From the NCBI GenBank assembly GCA_045863475.1, contig BTUR01000002.1, positions 410-64,409 on the forward strand: a DNA stretch of 64,000 bases, in the 5' to 3' direction. This document shows positions 26,617-35,972 of this stretch, piece by piece; position 1 is the stretch's first letter; the number at the start of each line of letters is the position of its first letter. The notes under the pieces are model-generated. The model saw only the letters and a program-made list of their open reading frames with translations, was not told the origin of the DNA and searched no databases. The position numbers were made by a program, and so were the translations under genes. This DNA is from Candidatus Campbellbacteria bacterium (GTDB lineage Bacteria > Patescibacteriota > Minisyncoccia > Phycocordibacterales > EsbW-18).

Positions 26617-27681
26617 ATGAGTCGCGTATATGTTGCAATGTCGGGTGGTGTTGATAGTTCAGTGTCGGCGGCGCTCCTCAAGCAAGCGGGGCACGAGGTG
26701 ACGGGTGTGTTTATAAAAACATGGCACCCACCGTTTTTGACGTGCACCTGGCGAGAAGAGCGAAAGGACGCAATGGCCGTGTGTGCGACGCTTGGCATTC
26801 CGTTCCAAACGATTGACTTGGAGGCTGAATATAAAAAAGAGGTGGTTGACTACATGCTTGCTGAGTATGCCGCGGGACGGACGCCGAATCCGGACGTTAT
26901 GTGTAACGACAAAATAAAATTTGGTGCGTTTTTTGATGCCGCACAGCGTGCCGGGGCAGAGTATGTGGCAACGGGGCACTACGCACGGGTTGTCACTGAT
27001 GCAGCGGGACAAACACACCTCCTCGCGGGTGTTGATGGTAATAAAGACCAATCATATTTTTTGTGGCGTCTGCGGCAGGAAACACTCACGCATGTGCTAT
27101 TTCCCGTCGGTGACCTGCAGAAACCGCGTGTGCGGGAACTCGCACACGAATTTGGATTGCCAGTCGCGGATAAAAAAGACAGTCAGGGCGTTTGTTTCTT
27201 AGGTCATGTTGATATTAAGGATTTTTTGAAACGATTTATTACCATCACACCAGGGAGCGTGTTGGACGAAACGGGGGGGGTTATCGGCACGCATGACGGT
27301 GCGATCCTCTACACGCTCGGACAACGGCACGGTTTTTCGGTGACGCGCAAGCAGCCTGAAGACGGTGCGTTTTATGTTGTCGCGAAAAACGTGTCAGAGA
27401 ACACCATTACGGTGTCGCGGCACCTTACAACAACGAATACGTTCGACGTGTCATCGGTTGTGCTTGAAAATTGCAATTGGGTTGCGGGTGTTGCAGCTGA
27501 AAGCGGCGAGTACCTCGCGCGGTTCCGCTATCGCCAGCCGCTGTTTGAATGTGTCTATGATGCTGACACGGCGGCCGTACGTTTTTCCTCCCCGCAGAAA
27601 TCTGTTGCGCCAGGCCAGTCGCTGACACTGTATCGCGGAGACGAACTTATCGGCGGCGGTGTGGTTAGTGCAGTGTCGTGA
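26617..27681 (+). CDS. mnmA: tRNA 2-thiouridine(34) synthase MnmA
   Basis: VAMSGGVDSSV PP-loop and MnmA catalytic Cys residues. Confidence 0.9.
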   Translation: MSRVYVAMSGGVDSSVSAALLKQAGHEVTGVFIKTWHPPFLTCTWREERKDAMAVCATLGIPFQTIDLEAEYKKEVVDYMLAEYAAGRTPNPDVMCNDKIKFGAFFDAAQRAGAEYVATGHYARVVTDAAGQTHLLAGVDGNKDQSYFLWRLRQETLTHVLFPVGDLQKPRVRELAHEFGLPVADKKDSQGVCFLGHVDIKDFLKRFITITPGSVLDETGGVIGTHDGAILYTLGQRHGFSVTRKQPEDGAFYVVAKNVSENTITVSRHLTTTNTFDVSSVVLENCNWVAGVAAESGEYLARFRYRQPLFECVYDADTAAVRFSSPQKSVAPGQSLTLYRGDELIGGGVVSAVS

Positions 27682-27698
27682 TGTGATACGATACAAGC

Positions 27699-28526
27699 AT
27701 GCTCGTCACTAAACTTGACGGAACACTTGAAGAATTTGAGCCGCAGAAGCTCGCTGACTCGCTCCGCCGTGCGGGTGCAGCAGAAGATGTTGTTCAGTCC
27801 ATCGTTTCACATATTGAAAAAGAAGTGGCCGAGGGAATGACGACGTCGCATATCTACAAACAGGCGCTGCACATGCTGCGAAAAACGACGCACGCGCCTG
27901 TTGCCGCACGCTACTCATTGCGGCGCGCTATTCTTGAGCTCGGCCCGTCAGGGTATCCGTTTGAGCAGTTGCTTGGCGAGGTGCTGCGTTCAAAAGGCTA
28001 CAAAATCGACGTCGGCGCAACGCTCAGAGGAAAGTGCGTGACGCACGAAATCGATGTCGTGGCGCAAAACGATAAAGAGCTTATTTTAGTTGAGGCGAAA
28101 TTTCATAACGCGCAGGGGTTCAAGACCGATGTGAAAGTTGCGTTGTATATCCACGCACGAATGCTTGATTTGCGCGACAACCACTATGACAATCTCTGTC
28201 CGCCGGGTGGCACCTGTTCGTCGTGGCTTGTGACGAATACAAAATTTACCGAAAACGCAATTGCATACGGCAAATGCGCGGGCATGCACCTCATTGGCTG
28301 GGGATATCCGCACCACGGGCACCTTGAACAACTTATTGAAGAGACAAAACTGCACCCGCTGTCGTGTCTGACGACGCTGTCGCAAAAGGAACGCCAGATT
28401 ATGTATCAACGCGGCATCGTGTTGTGTAAGGACGTGACGCAGAATCCGAACGTGTTGGAAAGTGTCGGTGTCACCGGTAAGAAAGTTGATGCGGTGTTGC
28501 AAGAGGCGCGACGTTTGTGTGTGTAA
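27699..28526 (+). CDS. ATP-cone domain fused to a restriction-endonuclease-like (Mrr-type PD-(D/E)xK) domain
   Basis: N-terminus MLVTKLDGTLEEFEPQKLADSLRRAG is an ATP-cone. The C-terminus ..HEIDVVAQNDKELILVEAKF.. has an E-x-D-x-K-like nuclease core. Confidence 0.55.
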   Translation: MLVTKLDGTLEEFEPQKLADSLRRAGAAEDVVQSIVSHIEKEVAEGMTTSHIYKQALHMLRKTTHAPVAARYSLRRAILELGPSGYPFEQLLGEVLRSKGYKIDVGATLRGKCVTHEIDVVAQNDKELILVEAKFHNAQGFKTDVKVALYIHARMLDLRDNHYDNLCPPGGTCSSWLVTNTKFTENAIAYGKCAGMHLIGWGYPHHGHLEQLIEETKLHPLSCLTTLSQKERQIMYQRGIVLCKDVTQNPNVLESVGVTGKKVDAVLQEARRLCV

Positions 28527-28557
28527 TGTTTTATATATAAAAATGTAACGTACGTAT

Positions 28558-29028
28558 ATGGAGTCATTTATTTCATTTTTAAACGATTCGCACGCCGTGC
28601 AGTTGCTTGTCGCACTGCTCCTCGGTGTGTTTGTTGGCGCTGAGCGCTCACGGGCGGGGAAGACGGCGGGATTGCGCACGTACGGCCTCGTGTCACTCGG
28701 TTCATGTCTCTTTGTGCTTGTCTCGGTTGCGGTTGTGCCGTCGGTGGTCGGTGTCACCGGTGCTGACGTCATGCGCGTTGTTGCGGGTGTGGTCACTGGT
28801 ATCGGCTTCTTGGGTGCCGGCGCCATCATCATGCGTGGGGAGACACTCACGGGACTCACGACTGCAGCAGGGCTGTGGGTATCCGCCGGCATCGGTGTTG
28901 CGGTTGCCCTTGAACTCTACGCACTGGCAGTTGTAACAACCGTCCTGACCTTACTGGCGTTTACTGTTTTGTGGTCTGTGGAACACAAGGTTGTGGGTGT
29001 TGATGACAAAATAGACGGGAACTACTAA
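28558..29028 (+). CDS. MgtC/SapB-family membrane protein
   Basis: 4-5 TM helices and a GLTTAAGLWVSAGIG motif. Confidence 0.75.
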   Translation: MESFISFLNDSHAVQLLVALLLGVFVGAERSRAGKTAGLRTYGLVSLGSCLFVLVSVAVVPSVVGVTGADVMRVVAGVVTGIGFLGAGAIIMRGETLTGLTTAAGLWVSAGIGVAVALELYALAVVTTVLTLLAFTVLWSVEHKVVGVDDKIDGNY

Positions 29029-29029
29029 C

Positions 29030-29059
29030 TTGACTTTTTTGACATTTGTGTAGTATAAT
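29030..29059 (+). promoter_or_regulatory. Consensus sigma70 promoter (TTGACT-18-TATAAT) for cassette B
   Basis: TTGACTtttttgacatttgtgtagTATAAT. Confidence 0.55.
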
Positions 29060-29089
29060 CTACACGGATTCCGAAAGGAGAGATTTCCG

Positions 29090-29362
29090 ATGGCAAAGGC
29101 CTTCTACCGAAAGGAAGAGGCTCTTGAGAGGGGTTTTTGCCCGAGCTGTGGCTGGGAAAAGGACAACGAGGACAGGTCGCAGTCGAACTGTTTCGACTGC
29201 TGTGTCCTCCCGCCGACCACCCGGACTCGCTCAGCAACCCCGACCTCTCCCAAGAGACAGTCGAGGCGAAGCACTCCGAAGAGCGTTGCTTACCGCAAGG
29301 TGCAGTCGCTCTGCCAGATGGCCGAGTCTCGGAACAACCCGAGACGCACGCCGCGCTGGTGA
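29090..29362 (+). CDS. Cassette B: small protein with an N-terminal zinc-ribbon (CPSCGW..CFDCC) and an Arg/Ser/Thr/Pro-rich tail. Extreme GC3 with a strong SD.
   Basis: AAAGGAGAG sits 7 nt before the ATG. A GC-rich hairpin + T-run terminator follows at about 29383-29424. Confidence 0.45.
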   Translation: MAKAFYRKEEALERGFCPSCGWEKDNEDRSQSNCFDCCVLPPTTRTRSATPTSPKRQSRRSTPKSVAYRKVQSLCQMAESRNNPRRTPRW

Positions 29363-29438
29363 AGGTCTCCCTCGCACATGGTCCCCAAAGCGGTTTTCCG
29401 CAGCGGGGGCTTTCTTTTTTCATGGTACACTGCACGCT

Positions 29439-30233
29439 ATGGCAGGATATCGGCAAAAACTTTTTGACCCGGAGTCGAAAGAGCCGTTCAAGCTCTCTCG
29501 TTCCAAAATCGATCTCTTTACGCAGTGCCCTCGTTGCTTTTATCTCGACCGACGCCTCGGTGTTTCGCGCCCCTCGATGCCCGGCTTTACGCTCAACGTC
29601 GCAGTCGACCATCTTTTAAAGAAGGAATTTGATACGCACCGCGCAGCCGGCAGCGCGCATCCGCTCATGCAACAGTACGGCGTTGATGCGGTGCCGTTTG
29701 ATCACGTCAATATGGATGTGTGGCGCGAGAACTTCAAGGGTGTTCAGTACACAGATCCGGAAACGAACTTTTTGATTACCGGTGCCGTTGACGATATTTG
29801 GGTAAATTCCAAAGGAGAACTTCACGTCGTTGATTACAAAGCAACGTCAAAAGAAGAGGACCCGAACCTCGACGGTATCTGGCAGCAGGGATACAAGCGG
29901 CAAATGGAGGTGTACCAATGGCTGCTGCGTAAAAACGGATTTGATGTTTCAAACACCGGCTACTTTGTGTACGTGAACGGCAAGAAAGACCGCGCGGCGT
30001 TTGATGCAAAACTTGAGTTTGATGTGCTTCTCATTCCGTACGACGGTGATGATGCGTGGATAGCAACAACACTTGCCGCCGCGCGCGAAACGCTTTCAAA
30101 GAATGAGTTGCCGCCGGTCGGAGACCGCTGTGAGTACTGTCCATACCGTGAAGCAGCGGGCAAGTCGCTGCAGGCGCTCGTTAAAAAAGGTCATGCAAAA
30201 CAAAAAGAAGGAGAAGAAACCCTTTTCGGGTAG
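29439..30233 (+). CDS. PD-(D/E)xK nuclease with 4-Cys cluster (Cas4/RecB-family, DUF83-like)
   Basis: N-terminal Cys (QCPRCFY), core VVDYKATSK (D..K), QMEVYQWLL, and a C-terminal CEYCPY. The 130-aa upstream ORF extension is discarded. Confidence 0.65.
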   Translation: MAGYRQKLFDPESKEPFKLSRSKIDLFTQCPRCFYLDRRLGVSRPSMPGFTLNVAVDHLLKKEFDTHRAAGSAHPLMQQYGVDAVPFDHVNMDVWRENFKGVQYTDPETNFLITGAVDDIWVNSKGELHVVDYKATSKEEDPNLDGIWQQGYKRQMEVYQWLLRKNGFDVSNTGYFVYVNGKKDRAAFDAKLEFDVLLIPYDGDDAWIATTLAAARETLSKNELPPVGDRCEYCPYREAAGKSLQALVKKGHAKQKEGEETLFG

Positions 30234-30492
30234 TACGACCGCGTTTGCGCAAAAGGTGTACGCAGTCGTCGCAAAAATTCCGAAAGGCATGATGATGACG
30301 TACGCGGGGGTTGCAAAGTGCGCCGGGCGCCCACACGCCGCGCGCGCCGTGGGAACCATCATGAGCCGCAATCGCGATACACGCGTGCCGTGTCATCGCG
30401 TCATTCGCTCCGACGGCGGGATGGGCGGGTACGCGTTCGGCGGTCCCGCAAAGAAACGCGCTCTCCTCAAGCGGGAAGGCGCCATGCTATAA
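30193..30492 (+). CDS. ogt: Methylated-DNA--protein-cysteine methyltransferase, DNA-binding/catalytic domain only (Ogt-like)
   Basis: [36 protein letters not shown] has the canonical PCHR active site. Overlaps the 3' end of the nuclease gene in another frame. Confidence 0.7.
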   Translation: MQNKKKEKKPFSGSTTAFAQKVYAVVAKIPKGMMMTYAGVAKCAGRPHAARAVGTIMSRNRDTRVPCHRVIRSDGGMGGYAFGGPAKKRALLKREGAML

Positions 30493-30502
30493 TCAGCGTG
30501 CC

Positions 30503-31054
30503 ATGGCATATAATTTCACACACCTGAAGACAAAAACGAAAGAAATCGGCGACTGGCTCGGGAAGGAACTTTCTGCAATTCACACCGGTCGTGCAAGCGC
30601 CGCGCTTCTTGACGGTATCCGTGTGTCTGCATACGGCAGCATGATGCCGATTAATCAACTCGCCAACATCGGTGTTGAAGACGCGCGCACAGTGCGCATT
30701 ACGCCGTGGGATCACAGCGTGGCCAGCGGTATTGAAAAAGCGATTCAAGACGCGTCGCTCGGCGTATCAGTCGGCAACGACGGCAAGGGTATACGCGTTT
30801 CGTTTCCGGAGCTGACCGGCGAGAGTCGGGAGAAGTACGTGAAAATTGTCGGCAAGAAGCTCGAAGAAGCACGCATTTCGGTACGTTCTGCTCGTGAGGA
30901 AGTATGGAGCGATATTCAGAAACAGGAGAAGGATGGCGCAATGAGCGAAGATGACAAATTCCGCGCGAAAGAAGAAATGGAAAAAATAATCAAAGAAGGC
31001 AACGAGGCGCTCGACGCACTCGCTGAGAAAAAGGAAAAGGAAATCCTCGGCTAG
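30503..31054 (+). CDS. frr: Ribosome recycling factor
   Basis: Full-length RRF pattern (..LGKELSAIHTGRAS..LDGIRV..YG..). Confidence 0.9.
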   Translation: MAYNFTHLKTKTKEIGDWLGKELSAIHTGRASAALLDGIRVSAYGSMMPINQLANIGVEDARTVRITPWDHSVASGIEKAIQDASLGVSVGNDGKGIRVSFPELTGESREKYVKIVGKKLEEARISVRSAREEVWSDIQKQEKDGAMSEDDKFRAKEEMEKIIKEGNEALDALAEKKEKEILG

Positions 31055-31055
31055 C

Positions 31056-32159
31056 ATGACCGTTATTCTTTTCATCGTCGTACTTGCAGTGCTCGTGTTC
31101 GCGCATGAACTCGGGCATTTTCTTGCTGCGAAACAGTGCGGTGTTCGCGTCAGTGAGTTCGGTATCGGATTCCCGCCGCGCTTGTATGCCTGGAAACCGG
31201 CGGCAAGCGAAACGACCTACTCTATAAACTGGATACCGTTCGGCGGTTTTGTGAAGCTCTTCAAAGAAGACGAAGATACCGGCGCACTGCCCCGTGAAGA
31301 ATTTGAGAAGACACTTGATGCACGGCCGTGGTGGCAGAGACTGTGGGTGTTGTTCGCCGGCGTCTTTTTCAACGTGCTGTTGGCATGGGGACTACTGTCC
31401 ATCGGGCTGTTCATTGGATTGCCGATGTCCGTAGATGAAGACACACGGGGCGTCGTTGGGGAGCCTTCGGTTGTTGCAATTCACGTGGAAGAAAATACAC
31501 CCGCATATGAAGCGGGGTTTATCCCGGGCGACGTTGTTCTGGCGGTTGTTGACGAAGAGGGCGAGCAGTCCGGTTCGTCTATTGAAGATGTGCAGGCATT
31601 CATAGCCGCCCACGAAGGGAAGGAACTCTCATTTACCGTACAGCGCAAGGATGTGGAAGAAACGCTCGTTGCGATGCCTGTTGCGCGCGAGCTAGACGGG
31701 GAGACGCGGGCGGTCGTGGGTATCGCACTGGACACTGTGGCGGTTGTTCGTTTGCCGGTGTGGGACGCACTTGTTACCGGCGGGAAGACGACGCTGTTTG
31801 CACTCAAGGCGGTTGCCATCGGTCTCGGGGAATTTCTTTTCCAGGCGGTTACGGGTCGCGCGGACTTCTCACAAGTCGCAGGGCCGGTCGGTATTGCAGG
31901 GCTTACCGGAGATGCGGCGCGCCTGGGACTTGCGGCACTCCTGTCATTTGCAGCGATGCTGTCGCTCAACCTCGCAATCATCAACTTGGTTCCGTTTCCG
32001 GCGCTTGATGGCGGGCGCATACTTTTCACCTTCATTGAGGTGGTGAAAGGGTCTCCGATACGGCCGAGCATCGCCAACACAATGAACTTCATCGGATTTG
32101 CACTCCTTATTTTATTGATGATCGCGGTGACTATCCACGACATCCTGAAGCTTTTGTAG
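31056..32159 (+). CDS. rseP: Site-2 protease RseP-family zinc metalloprotease with PDZ domain
   Basis: HELGHFLAAK HExxH motif, a PDZ segment, and a C-terminal LDG motif. Confidence 0.85.
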   Translation: MTVILFIVVLAVLVFAHELGHFLAAKQCGVRVSEFGIGFPPRLYAWKPAASETTYSINWIPFGGFVKLFKEDEDTGALPREEFEKTLDARPWWQRLWVLFAGVFFNVLLAWGLLSIGLFIGLPMSVDEDTRGVVGEPSVVAIHVEENTPAYEAGFIPGDVVLAVVDEEGEQSGSSIEDVQAFIAAHEGKELSFTVQRKDVEETLVAMPVARELDGETRAVVGIALDTVAVVRLPVWDALVTGGKTTLFALKAVAIGLGEFLFQAVTGRADFSQVAGPVGIAGLTGDAARLGLAALLSFAAMLSLNLAIINLVPFPALDGGRILFTFIEVVKGSPIRPSIANTMNFIGFALLILLMIAVTIHDILKLL

Positions 32160-32161
32160 AT

Positions 32162-32202
32162 AAAAAAATCGAGCCGCGGCGCCTCTCTGGGGCGTCGCGG
32201 CT
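32162..32202 (-). terminator. Intrinsic terminator of cassette C (minus strand)
   Basis: AGCCGCGGCGCC tctct GGGGCGTCGCGGCT followed by a T-run on the minus strand. Confidence 0.6.
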
Positions 32203-32212
32203 TCGTACGTCT

Positions 32213-32473
32213 TCACACGGGAACGGCATGCTCGTCGTAGGAGATGTCGGTTCCTGACAGCGCCGAGAGGAGTGCCAGATTGCGATCGGCGTCCGACATC
32301 GGGTCATGTCGCAGGTCTTCGATGAGCTCGCTCGCGGCGCGAAGATGCTTCTCGACCTTGTTGCGGCGCTCTCCCGCAGGAAGCTGTCCTATCTGCTTGA
32401 GCAGTCCGCTGATGCGTACCTTGAAGTTCCCGATCCAGTGTTCGTGTCCGGAATGCGGAGCAATCTTCCTCAT
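32213..32473 (-). CDS. Cassette C: small helical protein (86 aa) with extreme GC3 and a strong SD
   Basis: GGGAGGAAACC immediately precedes the ATG. The extended -10 TGgTACGAT lies upstream. MRKIAPHSGHEHWIGNFKVRISGLLKQ... Confidence 0.5.
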   Translation of the reverse strand: MRKIAPHSGHEHWIGNFKVRISGLLKQIGQLPAGERRNKVEKHLRAASELIEDLRHDPMSDADRNLALLSALSGTDISYDEHAVPV

Positions 32474-32556
32474 GGTTTCCTCCCGGGTGGTCGTTCTGCC
32501 CGGCATCGTACCACACTTCTTGTTGAAAATGCGACCACCACGTACAATGTTTTTAT

Positions 32557-33816
32557 ATGCGACAATCACAGCTGTTTACCAAAACACGAAAAGAAGCGCC
32601 GTCGGACGAAGTGGCGAAGAACGCACAACTGCTTATTCGTGCCGGGTTTGTGCACAAAGAAATGGCGGGGGTGTACGACTTGCTTCCGTTGGGGTTACGT
32701 GTATTGAACAGGATACGAAAAATAATCGGGGAAGAGATGGAAAAACTTGGCTCACAAGAGATTATTATGTCGGCACTTCAGGATAAGGCGGTGTGGGAAA
32801 AAACTGATCGGTGGGATGATGAAAAAGTTGATATTTGGTTTAAATCAAAATTGAAATCAGGCAATGAAGTTGGGTTTGGATGGTCACATGAGGAGCCTAT
32901 TACAAATATGATGGTGCCGCATATCGCCAGCTATAACGATTTGCCGCGATACGTTCACCAGTTCCAAACAAAGCTTCGAAATGAGACACGTGCAAAAAGC
33001 GGTCTTCTTCGTGGCAGGGAGTTTGTTATGAAGGATATGTACTCTTACGCCGTATCAGAGGAGGACCATATGGCATTTTACGAAAAAGCACAGGAAGCAT
33101 ATATGAATGTTTTTCGTCGTATGGGGTTAGGTGACATCACCTATGTTACATCGGCCTCGGGCGGCTTTTTTACCGATAAATTTAGCCATGAATTCCAAAC
33201 GCTTTGTGATGCAGGTGAAGACACAATTTATATCAACGCAAAAGAAAATTACGCCATAAACGGAGAGGTGTTCAATGCAGAGACGCTTGCAAAATTAGGA
33301 GCAAAAGAGTCTGATTTTGAAGCAAAAAAGGCGGCGGAGGTTGGGAATATATTCACGTTCGGAACAAGTAAGTGTGAGGAACTTGGTTTGATGTATACCA
33401 CAAAAGAAGGTGTGCGTGTGCCAGTGTTCCTGGGTTCGTACGGTATCGGTCTAACAAGACTGATGGCTGTTATTGCCGAAGTGTACGGTGACGAAAAAGG
33501 ATTGCGCTGGCCGAAGGAGGTCGCACCGTTTGACGTGCATGTTGTTGTGCTTGAAAGTCGCGAAGGAAAAGGCGTGCACACGTACGCTGAAAAAATTGTT
33601 ATGGAGCTTGAGCGCGAAGGCAGAGCGGTGCTCTACGATGACCGTGCTGTCTCAGCGGGAGAGAAGTTTGCGGATTCGGATCTTATCGGTATTCCGGTTC
33701 GCGTCGTCATATCGGAGAAACATCTGGAAGGGAAGACTGTCGAGCTTAAACGGCGTGACAGCGACACGGCGGAGGTTATCCCGGAGTCGGAACTTTCCCG
33801 TGCCCTTGACGCGTAG
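32557..33816 (+). CDS. proS: Proline--tRNA ligase (short bacterial form lacking the editing domain)
   Basis: N-terminus MRQSQLFTKTRKEAPSDEVAKNAQLLIRAGF aligns to ProRS, with class II motifs and a C-terminal anticodon-binding domain. Confidence 0.85.
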   Translation: MRQSQLFTKTRKEAPSDEVAKNAQLLIRAGFVHKEMAGVYDLLPLGLRVLNRIRKIIGEEMEKLGSQEIIMSALQDKAVWEKTDRWDDEKVDIWFKSKLKSGNEVGFGWSHEEPITNMMVPHIASYNDLPRYVHQFQTKLRNETRAKSGLLRGREFVMKDMYSYAVSEEDHMAFYEKAQEAYMNVFRRMGLGDITYVTSASGGFFTDKFSHEFQTLCDAGEDTIYINAKENYAINGEVFNAETLAKLGAKESDFEAKKAAEVGNIFTFGTSKCEELGLMYTTKEGVRVPVFLGSYGIGLTRLMAVIAEVYGDEKGLRWPKEVAPFDVHVVVLESREGKGVHTYAEKIVMELEREGRAVLYDDRAVSAGEKFADSDLIGIPVRVVISEKHLEGKTVELKRRDSDTAEVIPESELSRALDA

Positions 33817-33926
33817 CTATTGTATAGCCCCTATCGTTGGATGAAATTTTGATGCCTGCAAGCGCACGTATATACTACGTGCATATATTCATGTGGGAGA
33901 AACTACGACAGAGGCTGCAAGGCCTC

Positions 33927-34955
33927 ATGAGCGATGATATTGGTATCGACCTCGGGACGGCCAATACACTGGTGTACGTCCGCGGCCGCGGCATCATCAT
34001 CAATGAACCGACGGTCGTTGCACTCAATCAAAAAACCGGTCAGGTGGTTGCTACTGGAACGGAGGCAAAACGAATGCTCGGCAGAACACCCGAACATATC
34101 GTTGCGGTGCGACCGCTTGTTGACGGTGTTATCTCCGACTTTGAAGTTGCAGAAGAATTTCTTGCGCACCTCATTCGTCGCGTACAAGAAGGAAAGAAAA
34201 AACTATTTGGTCCGCGTGTCGTCATCGGCGTTCCGTTTGGTACGACGAACGTGGAGCGAAGAGCGGTTCGTGATGCCGCGCTCAATGCCGGTGCTCGTGA
34301 GGTTCATGTTGTTGAACAGCCCATGGCAGCGGCAATCGGTATTCGACTGCCGATTGAGGATGCGTCCGGATCGATGATCGTGGACATCGGCGGCGGAACG
34401 ACCGATATCACGGTGATGTCGTTAAACGGTGTGGTTAACGGCAAAAACATCAAAGTTGCGGGAAACCGCCTCAATAATGACATCATTTCGTACATCCGGG
34501 ATGAGTTTAAAATTCTTATCGGGGAACGTACGGCCGAGGACCTCAAAATTCAGGCCGGTTCCATCATCCCAGGCCCGACACCGATTGAGGTAACTATTCG
34601 CGGACGTGACCTGGTAACGGGATTGCCGCGCGAAGTGGTTGTGACCGATGCCGATGTGCGCGAGGCAATTGCACCGTCCATTGATGCGCTTGTTGAAGCA
34701 ATCAAAGAAGTACTTGAGACGACGCCGCCGGAAATTCTCTCAGACGTCATGCGTCGCGGTATCTACCTTGTCGGCGGCGGCGCACTCATCCGCGGCTTTG
34801 ATGAATTCTTGCGCGAGTGGCTCAAGCTTCCGGTGTACATCGCCGACGATCCGCTGACGTCCGTTGCACGCGGTACGGGAATCGTTTTGGAAGACATAGA
34901 ACGTTTTGCCGAGGTAATCATTAATGAAGAACATGCGCTTCCCCCACAACTATAG
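33927..34955 (+). CDS. mreB: Rod shape-determining protein MreB
   Basis: DIGIDLGTANTLVYV, then the actin-like fold to the C-terminus. Confidence 0.9.
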   Translation: MSDDIGIDLGTANTLVYVRGRGIIINEPTVVALNQKTGQVVATGTEAKRMLGRTPEHIVAVRPLVDGVISDFEVAEEFLAHLIRRVQEGKKKLFGPRVVIGVPFGTTNVERRAVRDAALNAGAREVHVVEQPMAAAIGIRLPIEDASGSMIVDIGGGTTDITVMSLNGVVNGKNIKVAGNRLNNDIISYIRDEFKILIGERTAEDLKIQAGSIIPGPTPIEVTIRGRDLVTGLPREVVVTDADVREAIAPSIDALVEAIKEVLETTPPEILSDVMRRGIYLVGGGALIRGFDEFLREWLKLPVYIADDPLTSVARGTGIVLEDIERFAEVIINEEHALPPQL

Positions 34956-35703
34956 ACGGCGACGCTTCAATACTGCGGGACTGCTTGGCATCGGCGCCTC
35001 ACTTTTTTTGGTTGTGCTCGCGGCTCTCACGCCAGATGTCCTTACCAAAACGTTTCTCGCGATAGGGCGTCCGCTACACCTCGTGCGCCAAAATACAACT
35101 GCCGCAGCCGAAGGGGCATTTGGCGGCTTTGCATCAAAAGAAGAACTGGTGGAGGATAACCGGCGCCTTACGGAGGAACTCAGAAAAGCGGAGATTAAAG
35201 CGGAATTGTTCGATGAGCTTCGCGGAAACATGTATGCGGGTCAAAGCGGCACGACGACTCTGCGCGCCGCACGCGTGCTCTCAACACCGCCGTTTTCTCC
35301 CTATGACACGCTCGTACTTGATCGCGGGTCTCGCGACGGCGTCGCGGTTGGTGACGTTGTGTCGTTTGACGACACGGTTGCACTCGGCACCATCGATACG
35401 GTGACGAATACAACTTCACGGGTGCAGCTGTACTCATCGCCCGGTACCGAGCAGTCCGTTCGCATTGGGAGTCATGACTTCCTGGTTGTTGCACGCGGGG
35501 AAGGCGGTGGCGCGTTTCGCATGCTTGTGTTGAAAGAGGAAGACGTTGGACGCGGCGACAGCGTCTTTTTGTCCGATGGTCGTCTGATGGCCCGCGTCGA
35601 AAAGGTTATTCCAAACGAATCTGACGCGTTTGCACTCGTGTATGCCGCCGTTCCGTTCAATCTTTTTGAAATCAGGGAAGTGATGATCAATCCGACCCGT
35701 TGA
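34924..35703 (+). CDS. mreC: Rod shape-determining protein MreC-like
   Basis: N-terminal TM, a coiled-coil (LTEELRKAEIKAELFDEL) and a beta domain. Sits directly after mreB. Confidence 0.6.
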   Translation: MKNMRFPHNYRRRRFNTAGLLGIGASLFLVVLAALTPDVLTKTFLAIGRPLHLVRQNTTAAAEGAFGGFASKEELVEDNRRLTEELRKAEIKAELFDELRGNMYAGQSGTTTLRAARVLSTPPFSPYDTLVLDRGSRDGVAVGDVVSFDDTVALGTIDTVTNTTSRVQLYSSPGTEQSVRIGSHDFLVVARGEGGGAFRMLVLKEEDVGRGDSVFLSDGRLMARVEKVIPNESDAFALVYAAVPFNLFEIREVMINPTR

Positions 35704-35972
35704 TTTTAGGCGCCATGCTCCGCTACCTCATCGCATTTTGTACCATTGTCAGCGCGTTTATGTTCCCGTGGTGGACGGCGCTTTTGTTTTCACTATACGG
35801 CGCGTTCCGATTCCCATGGTTTCTTGAGGCGCTCGTTGCCGGACTCATCATTGACTCCGTGTACGGCACGCACACAGTTCTCGGTGTACCCGGCATCGCG
35901 ACGGTAACCGCGCTGTGCATCGTGGGTGCCATGATGTTTTTCCGTCGGTACGTTCGCTATGAGAATCTTTAA
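35700..35972 (+). CDS. mreD: Small polytopic membrane protein, MreD-like by position
   Basis: 90 aa and very hydrophobic, between mreC and PBP2. Confidence 0.4.
   Translation: MILGAMLRYLIAFCTIVSAFMFPWWTALLFSLYGAFRFPWFLEALVAGLIIDSVYGTHTVLGVPGIATVTALCIVGAMMFFRRYVRYENL

Noticed and set aside
28527-28557. A Mg2+ riboswitch (M-box) upstream of mgtC.
   Set aside because: Only about 30 nt of intergenic space, far too short for an M-box aptamer.
29046-29438. The first 131 aa of ORF 29046-30233 upstream of the Cas4-like nuclease.
   Set aside because: It is out of frame with, and overlapping, the better-supported cassette B ORF, promoter and terminator. The nuclease has its own ATG at 29439, directly after the terminator.
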